NCBI GenBank assembly: GCA_003193925.1
Contig: PSPG01000001.1
Location: forward strand, 1-64,000
DNA from: Candidatus Thalassarchaeum betae
GTDB lineage: Archaea; Thermoplasmatota; Poseidoniia; Poseidoniales; Thalassarchaeaceae
Direction of reading: 5' to 3'
Length of the DNA: 64,000 nt
The notes beneath the pieces were generated by a model. It made no database searches, had not been told where the DNA came from, and was given only the letters and a program-made list of their open reading frames with translations. Of the stretch, positions 38,012-46,500 are shown piece by piece (position 1 is the stretch's first letter; every line of letters starts with the position of its first letter). A program made the translations under genes and the position numbers.

Positions 38012-39151
38012 GTGGCGGGCTGGCTCAACACTCACGCACCTCGGACATTCGACGAGTTGGCGGTGCCAGCTCAGCTCCGAGAGGCACTCGCCTCGGCCAG
38101 CCTGTCCGCAGACCCGCCTCACCTGTTGATCACCGGGCCGGCTGGGGTAGGCAAGACGGCTTCGTGGCGCCTAGTCGCTCGACAGGTCCTAGGCCCCGGA
38201 TGGAAATCCACCACCCACATTCTGCAGGCACGCGACCTAGTGCGCCAGCGCGGGGCGATGGCGCAGTTCGAGGCCTTCCTGCGCCCTGGAGGCCCGGGCT
38301 CCACTGACACTCTGGCGGGAAGGCTCAGCTTGGATGCCTTCGACAGGGGGATTGTGACCGGCTTGGCCGAGGATGTCGCCCCTGCCGGAAAAGAGGTCGA
38401 GTTGGCTCCCGGCGTGCTCCCAATCAGCCGTCTCATCGTGCTGGAGGACGCCGACTATCTAGGCTCTATCCGGCAGGCCTACCTTCGTAGGATGATGGAG
38501 ACTACCGGCTCGGCCTCGAGATTCGTCCTCGTGGCAAGAGCGCCTTCCCGCATCATCGACGCCCTGCGCTCCCGCACTCAGATGATACGAATCCCCTCGA
38601 CGAGCCGCGCAACCATGCTCGACAGGATGAGGACCGTCGCCGAGACTGAGGGGGTGGGGGCTGCTGACGGGGTCCTGGAGGATATAGCTTACATCTCGAA
38701 GGGCAATCTGCGCAAGGCCCTATTCACCCTCGAGATGCTGCACATCAGAGGCTTGGCCCACGACAGGTCAGCCGTCCATAGACTGGTGCAGGCGACGACT
38801 TTGCAGTCGGGCAGGCATCTGCTCGAGCTCGCACTGAGGGGTAGGGTGGTCGAGTGGAGATGGGAGAGCAGGGGCGGTCGCAAGAAGCGGATTCTGGCCG
38901 GCGCGCTCGCCGAGGTCGACCGCCTGATGAACGATCACGGTCTGGATTCGGATGATGTCGTCTCCCAACTCCATGACGTGCTGGTTGGCAGGAGACTCTC
39001 GTTGCCCGATGCCCTAAGGGAGGAGGTGCTGTCGGCATTGGCCGACTGCGACGCTCAACTGACGCGCTCGATGCACGCGCGAATCCCGTTCGAGAACTTC
39101 CTCCACAAGGTAGCTCGGGCAGGTCACACTCACGGCCTCGCTTTCGGCTGA
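38012..39151 (+). CDS. Replication factor C small-subunit-like AAA+ protein (divergent)
   Basis: PRTFDEL, GPAGVGKT, LEDADYL, QAYLRRMME, LRSRT, GNLRKA. Confidence 0.8.
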   Translation: MAGWLNTHAPRTFDELAVPAQLREALASASLSADPPHLLITGPAGVGKTASWRLVARQVLGPGWKSTTHILQARDLVRQRGAMAQFEAFLRPGGPGSTDTLAGRLSLDAFDRGIVTGLAEDVAPAGKEVELAPGVLPISRLIVLEDADYLGSIRQAYLRRMMETTGSASRFVLVARAPSRIIDALRSRTQMIRIPSTSRATMLDRMRTVAETEGVGAADGVLEDIAYISKGNLRKALFTLEMLHIRGLAHDRSAVHRLVQATTLQSGRHLLELALRGRVVEWRWESRGGRKKRILAGALAEVDRLMNDHGLDSDDVVSQLHDVLVGRRLSLPDALREEVLSALADCDAQLTRSMHARIPFENFLHKVARAGHTHGLAFG

Positions 39152-39156
39152 GAGAG

Positions 39157-39234
39157 TGGCGGGCGCGGCAGGATTCGAACCCGCGGTCCCCGGCTTAGGA
39201 GGCCGGTGCATTATCCAGGCTGTGCTACGCGCCC
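39157..39234 (-). tRNA. tRNA-Arg (CCT), CCA encoded
   Basis: Reverse complement GGGCGCGTAGCACAGCCTGGATAA...CCGGC-CTCCTAA-GCCGG...GGTTCGAATCC...CGCGCCCGCCA. Confidence 0.95.
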
Positions 39235-39341
39235 GCTTGGCCCACGACGCCCCCTTCAAGAAAGGTGACGCTCGCAAAACCACGGCTCCGAAGGCGGAAT
39301 TAAGCCGATGCCATCAAACACACTTTGTCTTCCGGAGTTCC

Positions 39342-40793
39342 ATGGAGCCCCCCCGCTCCTCCCTTCCGACTCCCTACTCGGACTCGAGCAAGTTCGTTGA
39401 CAGCAGGCAGCGTGCCCTCCCTCGCAGAGTCGCAGCAAGAGACGCCGGCAGGCGTTTCTGGACCCGTCTGGCGACGATGCGCCCGGCCCCCGAACTCCGA
39501 CTCCTCCTCTCACTCATCGCGCCCGCGACAGCACTCCTCCTCCTGGCCGAGTGGGAGTTCGCCTCTTACCAGGCAGCCATCGCGGCCTTCTCAATCCTGG
39601 CCCTTCTCCTAGTCCCAACCAATATGGCCGCCGTCTTCGCTGGGATGTCTGCGCGAGACCGCCTCAAGCTCAGGGATGGTGGACAGAGGTCGATGGACGC
39701 CTACCCCGGGGTCGAGCGCATCCTCAACACGCTTCGTGAAAGGGTACTCAGAGAGAGAATCAGGCTCCTGTCAGCATTGCTCGGAACGCTATCGATCGTC
39801 GCGGTGTGGAACTTGGACACTGGTGAGTCGCTGGGCTCACTGCTGCTGGGGGCTTCCGCGGCCTTAGGAGTCCTGTGCCTGCTCAATTCGATGAGACTCG
39901 ATGAGTCCATACCAATGCGCTCGAACGCATTTCCACTCCTGTCCCTGCACGCACCCACCTTACATCACAGCGTTTTGGACAGACCACTGACCGACCTGAT
40001 GGTCGCCCACCTGGATCCGGAGACTGCGGGGGCTTGGGACGAGTGGGTGAGTTCGCTGGCCGAGAGCGTCAGGATAGATCAGACCGCCGACTCCGCCATA
40101 GAGCACCTCCTCCGTGCCCTGCATCTGAACGAGCAGCGATTGCTCGACGACGCGCGGCTGCTGACTGAGGCTAAGCGCGTCTTCAAGGTGGCAGCGATTG
40201 ACGGGCTCACGGACGACTCGAACAAGTTCAACCTGAAGTCGCTGAAGACCCTGCTGGCGCACACCAAAGCCTGGGAGCCGGGGCTCTTCCGCCTGATTGA
40301 CAGGCTGCAGGACTCGGCCATCAGGGTTGACCACACGCTGACCGAGGAGCTATGGAGGCTGGACCTCGACTTGCCACCTCGTTGCTCGCAGGGCCAAGCC
40401 GACTTGTTCGTACTGCTCCACAACAACACTGGCAGAACGACCAACGTGAAGGTGGATGTCGTCGTCGCCGAGGGTGAGCCCGCATTGCAGACCCTCAGGG
40501 TCGAGGCACCGCCCTCCCGACGCCTCGATAGGTCTCGAGTGGTGGATCAGGTGGATTCGCTCGGACGCCTCCTCGACGACGCGATCGTTCTGTGGATAGG
40601 CCTAGCTTGGCCCGATTCCGAGCTTGGCTCGCACCCCGTGCAAGTGACCCTTAGGGGGGAGGATGGCGAGACGCTGTCGTCGATAGTGGTCCAGACCACA
40701 CTCTCCTCGAAGGTGCAGCCGGAGAGCGTTGGACAGAGGATGTCGGACGCCGCATCCGCAGTTAGAAGGCTAACTCTCTCCATGACTGATTGA
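39342..40793 (+). CDS. Hypothetical membrane protein (4 N-terminal TM helices, soluble C-terminal part)
   Basis: Long ORF with four hydrophobic segments. The track start overlaps the tRNA, so the start was moved to MEPP. Confidence 0.7.
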   Translation: MEPPRSSLPTPYSDSSKFVDSRQRALPRRVAARDAGRRFWTRLATMRPAPELRLLLSLIAPATALLLLAEWEFASYQAAIAAFSILALLLVPTNMAAVFAGMSARDRLKLRDGGQRSMDAYPGVERILNTLRERVLRERIRLLSALLGTLSIVAVWNLDTGESLGSLLLGASAALGVLCLLNSMRLDESIPMRSNAFPLLSLHAPTLHHSVLDRPLTDLMVAHLDPETAGAWDEWVSSLAESVRIDQTADSAIEHLLRALHLNEQRLLDDARLLTEAKRVFKVAAIDGLTDDSNKFNLKSLKTLLAHTKAWEPGLFRLIDRLQDSAIRVDHTLTEELWRLDLDLPPRCSQGQADLFVLLHNNTGRTTNVKVDVVVAEGEPALQTLRVEAPPSRRLDRSRVVDQVDSLGRLLDDAIVLWIGLAWPDSELGSHPVQVTLRGEDGETLSSIVVQTTLSSKVQPESVGQRMSDAASAVRRLTLSMTD

Positions 40794-40862
40794 GTGGAAT
40801 CGGGACACGGTCCCGAGCGTCACGTTCATGGCGCGATTGCGAGTGGCTCTGACCGAGTCACC

Positions 40863-42308
40863 ATGGAGTCGTGGGACATCGTGGTTGTTGGAAGCGGCCC
40901 CGCCGCGCTGCGTGCGGCAATTGCAGCCGCAGATGCCGGCACCATACCTCTGATGATCGACTCTTCCGGTGTCGGGGCCGCCTCGGGCGCCGCTCCCCTC
41001 TCCGGCCTCGCGGCTTCCATCGACGAGGTCGATTCTACCGCTCACAGGGATGATACCGTCTCGGCGGGTGGAGACTCGACGGACAGGGTCGCAGCGGCTC
41101 GGACCTGCGGCGAGGCCGTCTCGGTCCTCGCCGAACTGGAAAGGTGGGGCCTGGTCCTGCGGCGCAGGGACGGCGGCCTGCCACACGCCTCCGAGGCACC
41201 AGGGCACAGCCGGGCCCGTCTGACCGGCTGTGGTGATGGTACCATCAGAGAAGTTACTCGCATCCTCGAGGAACAGGCGATCAAGAGGGGCATCCCCCGC
41301 CGCTCCGACCTCGTCCCACTGTCTCTGGCCATGGACAACCAGCAGGTGCGCGGCATTATCTCTCTCGACCTTCTGAGCGGAGCAGTTTCAGCCATTCAGG
41401 CCAAGGCCGTCGTCCTAGCGACGGAAGGCCACCAGGGCCTCTGGTCTTCGCCATTGAACGGTGCTGGAACCGGTGCCGCCATTGCCGCCGCCGCAGGCGT
41501 CGGACTGTCCGGTATGGCACACTCCTCGATGCACCCTCTCACTGTGAGAGACACGGACATGCAACTGCCGATTGAGCTGTTGAGCTCGGGTGGCAGGCTG
41601 TGCAAGGAGAGCGGAGACGACGTGGGCCCCGAAGCAGTCCTAGAGGGCGAGGATTGCGTACTCGACCTGCGTGGCTTGGAATCCGACGCTGCTCCTTGGT
41701 TCGCCGAGACTGCTAGACGGGTGAGAGAAAGGACGGGCTTGGACACTTCCGTGGAAGTGATACCGGTCTCGCCCAGCATCGCTGCCACCACCGGTGGCGC
41801 GCCCGTCGGAGAGGAGGGCAGAGTCACTTTCGACGACGGCAAGATGTGGTTCACTGGACTCTATGCTGCTGGGCGCTCTGCTAACACAGGCGTCCACGGA
41901 GCTGGAATGCTCCCGGGCAACCTACTGCTAGACGACCTCGTGAGCGGCCAGAGCGCTGGATCACACGCAGGAAACTGGGCCAAGGACGCTTCGTTCGGCG
42001 GCTCTTCAGTCGTTGACGCCGCTTCGAGCGAGGCTTCCGATAGAATCGCTTCACTATCCGCTGGTGCCGGCCACCCGGTTGGCCAGGTCTCAGCCAGCAT
42101 CTGCTCAATCATGCAGAATGTCAACGGCAACGGCGACGAGAGATCACTCGCCGCCGCCGCCCTCGACGAGATACGGGGCACCGGAATCAAGGTGTCCGAC
42201 GCTTCCAGCGTCATGAACACCGAGTTGACCACGGCACTGCATCTCGAGGGCTTGATGTTACTGGCCGATGCCATAGTCAGATCAGAGGGTCAGCATGAGC
42301 GAGCCTGA
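40863..42308 (+). CDS. SdhA/FrdA/NadB-like flavoprotein, apparently catalytically degenerate
   Basis: WDIVVVGSGPAALRAA, AKAVVLAT, GLYAAG, GVHGA; catalytic motifs altered. Confidence 0.75.
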   Translation: MESWDIVVVGSGPAALRAAIAAADAGTIPLMIDSSGVGAASGAAPLSGLAASIDEVDSTAHRDDTVSAGGDSTDRVAAARTCGEAVSVLAELERWGLVLRRRDGGLPHASEAPGHSRARLTGCGDGTIREVTRILEEQAIKRGIPRRSDLVPLSLAMDNQQVRGIISLDLLSGAVSAIQAKAVVLATEGHQGLWSSPLNGAGTGAAIAAAAGVGLSGMAHSSMHPLTVRDTDMQLPIELLSSGGRLCKESGDDVGPEAVLEGEDCVLDLRGLESDAAPWFAETARRVRERTGLDTSVEVIPVSPSIAATTGGAPVGEEGRVTFDDGKMWFTGLYAAGRSANTGVHGAGMLPGNLLLDDLVSGQSAGSHAGNWAKDASFGGSSVVDAASSEASDRIASLSAGAGHPVGQVSASICSIMQNVNGNGDERSLAAAALDEIRGTGIKVSDASSVMNTELTTALHLEGLMLLADAIVRSEGQHERA

Positions 42309-42720
42309 GCCGAGCATCTTCACCCTCATCATCCGAGGCGAGATACCCTGTCACAAGGTGTACGAGGACGAGCACGTCTTCGCCTTCCTCGACATCAACC
42401 CGTTCAGCCCCGGGCACACCCTTGTGGTCCCCAAGGAGCAGGCCATCACACTCGACGCCCTCTCCGACGAGTCCTCTGCGGCTATCGGAAGGGTTCTGCC
42501 GCGCATCTCGCAGGCCGTGCTCGCTGTCAGCGGGACGGTGGACTTCAACGTCCTGCAGAACAACGGCGAGGCCGCCTTCCAGTCGGTCTCCCACGTCCAC
42601 TTCCACATCATACCAAAGTCCGAAGACGGTAGCGGCCTCGCTTGGCCGTTCAAGAGCACTCAACTCGACCCCGACGAGGGAGCCCGTATGGCCGAGCAGA
42701 TACGCAACTATCTGGAATAG
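42295..42720 (+). CDS. HIT family nucleotide hydrolase
   Basis: AFLDINP, GHTLVVPK, QSVSHVHFHIIP. Confidence 0.95.
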   Translation: MSEPEPSIFTLIIRGEIPCHKVYEDEHVFAFLDINPFSPGHTLVVPKEQAITLDALSDESSAAIGRVLPRISQAVLAVSGTVDFNVLQNNGEAAFQSVSHVHFHIIPKSEDGSGLAWPFKSTQLDPDEGARMAEQIRNYLE

Positions 42721-42788
42721 CATCGGTGCGTTCTCAATCAACCCCCTACTCGGCGTTCTCAAATAGGGCGGGTGCTCCAACTCTCTCC

Positions 42789-43421
42789 GTGAACGCCCGC
42801 GATGCCGCTTCCGCAGTCCGCGAATGGCTCCGGAGCGAACGCCTCGAGGCCCGCGACGTCGCAGACCAGCAGGCCATGCTGCACCTGCACGTCCGCTACC
42901 CTCCCACCAAGCAGGGCCACGTGTTCAATGTCGTCATCCCAAAGAATCGAAACCTCGTCCTAATCTACTCCGTCACCCGGGTCGACAACGGCCAGCAGAA
43001 GGAGATGAACAGCCACTCGGTGAACGACCCCGGAGAGTGGGAGAAGTGGCTGCACGAGATTAGGATCCACCTGACTCAGGCAGACTTGGACTGGGTTCTG
43101 CACGTCGGCAAGAAGCAAGAGGGGGTTCCTGGACCCCTGCAGGCGTTCAATCTCTCGAGGCCGGTCTGGTTCGACGGCCTGACCCAGAACGAGTTCATGC
43201 ACAATATGCGTCACCTCTGGCTCACCAAGCTCGCTCTGATTCACAAGATCAAGTTCGGGTATGGCTCAGGAGAGGGCAAGCCGGGCCCCGTCGACGACTG
43301 GATCGCCAAGAAGACCCAGAGCAGAGGCAACCAACCGCAGACTCACTCCGAGCCGACCGAGATCCACACCGACGAGACTGGTGGGTTCGGTCGTGACTTC
43401 GATCCATCCGAATGGGCTTGA
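42789..43421 (+). CDS. Hypothetical archaeal protein (possibly DUF2299-like)
   Basis: VREWL..E start and beta-rich core resemble DUF2299 from memory. GTG start inferred. Confidence 0.55.
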   Translation: MNARDAASAVREWLRSERLEARDVADQQAMLHLHVRYPPTKQGHVFNVVIPKNRNLVLIYSVTRVDNGQQKEMNSHSVNDPGEWEKWLHEIRIHLTQADLDWVLHVGKKQEGVPGPLQAFNLSRPVWFDGLTQNEFMHNMRHLWLTKLALIHKIKFGYGSGEGKPGPVDDWIAKKTQSRGNQPQTHSEPTEIHTDETGGFGRDFDPSEWA

Positions 43422-43550
43422 GCAAGCGTTCCACTGCACGCGCTCTCGCGTGCGCATGTGACGGCTGGGGGTCGAGGTTAAGTATCGCAGGAAGGCGAAC
43501 AAGGACGATACAGCGGCGTTGCCGGAGGCTATGAAATGGAAACTGGAAAG

Positions 43551-46500
43551 ATGAGAAACAGCATAACGATGGTTCTTCTGATGATGATGAGCACGTTCGC
43601 GGTGATGGAATTCCCAAAAGCCGAGGCGAGCGAGGTCGTGCTGACCGACGCCATACAGATCGTCAACGGCGGCTCCGCCAATGACAAAATGGTCACCGCA
43701 GATGCCGATTCCATGGGCAATGTGCACATCGTGTGGAGCCGCAACACCCAGCACCTCTGGTACCAGATGCACAATCCGAGAGGGGACGTGCTGATTCTAG
43801 AGACCCAGATCTCCAACCCCGGAGCGCACCGAGCATGGCATCCCGACATCAGAGTCGATCACGACGACAACGTACACATCACCTGGACGGACAAGGCCGG
43901 TCAGTGGACGATCTTCTACACCATGCTCGATCCCTCGCAGGACGACCAGGACGGTGATTCCGCTGTGGACGCAGTGATAACGATCATCGACGACTTCGAG
44001 GTCTCGGTGCATACCCAGAACAGGGACTGGCCCGCCATTGACGTCGATTCCGAGAACAACGCCCACATCGTCTGGGAGGATTCGTTCGAGCCATTGGACA
44101 AGTACTACCAGCAGCCTCAGATTTACTACTCGATGATCGAGCCAGACCTGCAGTCCCGCGAAGCAATCGTGGCTGTCGGCGAGACGCTACTCACCCCAAT
44201 CATCGGCCACAAGGGCCACCCCGACGTGGCCGTGGACGCCGATGACTTCGTCCAGATCGTCTGGGACGATACCAGAGGCGGAAAGGTCGAGATCGTGGCA
44301 CCTATCGACACCTCCGGCTCGATGAACACCGAGTGGGCCGACATGTGCGTCGTCTTCTATGGCGGCTACTTCGCCAGCGGCGGCTTCTTCGAGGGCCTCA
44401 AGCCGATGCTTTTGAGAGCCAACATGACAGTCTACGAGACCCTCTACGCTCTCAGCGGCAACTGGCCGGCCGCTGCCACCAGCGGCAATTGCGCCGCTGC
44501 TTACCAGACCGGAGGCTCCGGTGGCCAGGGACCGCGTTCGACCCCCCTCGGGCTGGTTCCCGGAGACGACTCCGGCGGAATCAGGGAGCTGACTGAGGTA
44601 GTCTACAACGGCGGCGCAGTCAATCTGCCTCAGGATGGTGGCTACTACAGCGAATTCTGGGGCCCCGGCTCCAATTGGGCTTGTTTGTCGTGGCGAGACG
44701 CCCAAGGCAACGTCCCAGGCAATCCTCCGACCCAGTTGGATCACCACTGGAATCCCAACGCGACCAAGATCGTCATCCCGATCTCCGACGAGGGCCCGTA
44801 CGGCGGCGACCCCGCGCAGCAGTCAGATGACACCCAGAGCATCAACGAGGCTCACGACGCCTGCGTCATCGCCGGCATCATCCCGGTCCCACTGCTCGCT
44901 GCCGGATTCGGGGCTGGCTCCACAAACGTCGGCTCCCACATGATGGACCTCGCCCAGTGCCCGAACGGCTTCATCAGCCTAGGCACGAGGACATGCCCCG
45001 GGACCAACACGCGTCTGACCGATGCCGAGGGGATGATGTACAGCTTCCCGACGTCCTCTTCGAACTCGGCCGAGTTGCAGCTGATGGTCGAAGCCATGGT
45101 CTACCTGTCCACGAACAACTCGCGAGAGATATTCATGACAGTTCTAGACCCCCTCTCCCTCCTGCAGAACCCGCCTCCGACTTGGCAGAAGGGCGACTCG
45201 GGAACCTTCGTCGACTACACTGCTGACAGGTACATCGAGGACATCGGCCCATCCATCGACGGCCTCGGCTACGGCAACCTGGTTGTTGTCAACGACACCA
45301 GAATCACCCTCAACGACGCCTACAGCCTCCATCCGGCGATTTCGGTCGACACCTCCGGCAACACCCACCTCGCTTGGATGGACGGGCGCGCCTACGGCTT
45401 CGACATCGACGTCAATTACGAAATCTACTACACCCGTCTGCGACTGAGGGGAGCGGGCGAGTGGGATGGCGCCCCGGACGGACTGCCTTCCTACGGAATC
45501 AAGCAGATTGTCGATTCGGCGGTCTCCGAAGTCGAGGGAATCGACGGGATCCCGACGGACCTGCCGTTCGGAGCCAATTCGCACATGCCTGCGATAATCA
45601 CGGACTCGTTCGACAACGTGCACCTCTCGTGGCTGGACAATTACAATGGGACTCAGGGTGAGACCGTCGTCTACACTAAGCTAAACCACACCAACGACGA
45701 CTACCCCGAAGGCTTCCCGCTGAACTCACTCGCAGCCGGCATCCTCGACCCGTGGGAGATCATCCCCATCACCGAGTGGCAGTCTGACAAACTGGGCCCG
45801 AACTCTCCGGCCGTCCCCGACCTCGGCCAGCCCCCGGCATTCGCCAATGACCTAGGCAGCGGGGCCCACATCGCTTGGTCAGACACCAACAAGTGCAGCG
45901 AAATAAGCAACGGCGGCTCCTACACGCTGTGCTACGTACACGTCCTGACCGGTCTCGTCGAGGTCGCCCTCGACGAGACCGAGACCTACTACCACACTAT
46001 CGAGCCCGGCGAGCAGACTCTGTACAACATGACGATCTCGAACCCGACCCCCGGGCCGGCAGAACTGGTCGCCGACACGTTCACCGTGACCCTGGAGGGG
46101 GTCCCTAACAACTGGACCGCTACTCTGTTCTTCACCACGAATCACACACCGATATTCGACTCTACTCCGGTATTCCTCCGAGGAGGTGACGTGGTTCCGA
46201 TGTACATGCGTGTCCGCGCTCCGTCAATCTATCAGGCGCACGGCGACGAGTTGGCAACGATTACGGTGTCTGCAGTGTCCTACAAGGACCCAGCCATACG
46301 AGACGAGAGGCTCACGCTGACGCTGATGGACGTGGTACATGGCATCAACCTCGATACCAGCCACTTCCAGGTCGATGTCGAACAGGGGCAGTCCGCGATA
46401 TTCTCGATTACGGTGACGAATACAGGGAACGTGTACGATACCTTCGCCTTCTACGATCCATCCACTTTAGAGGGTCAGGTCGAATGGGCCCTGCCATTCG

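Noticed and set aside
36911-39234. Two tRNAs flanking three genes as a possible integrated element
   Set aside because: The enclosed genes are housekeeping; no integrase and no duplicated tRNA 3' end were seen.
39156-39341. Track N-terminus (MAGAAGFEPAVPGLGG) of the 545-aa ORF
   Set aside because: It is the antisense translation of tRNA-Arg; the real start is likely 39342 or later.
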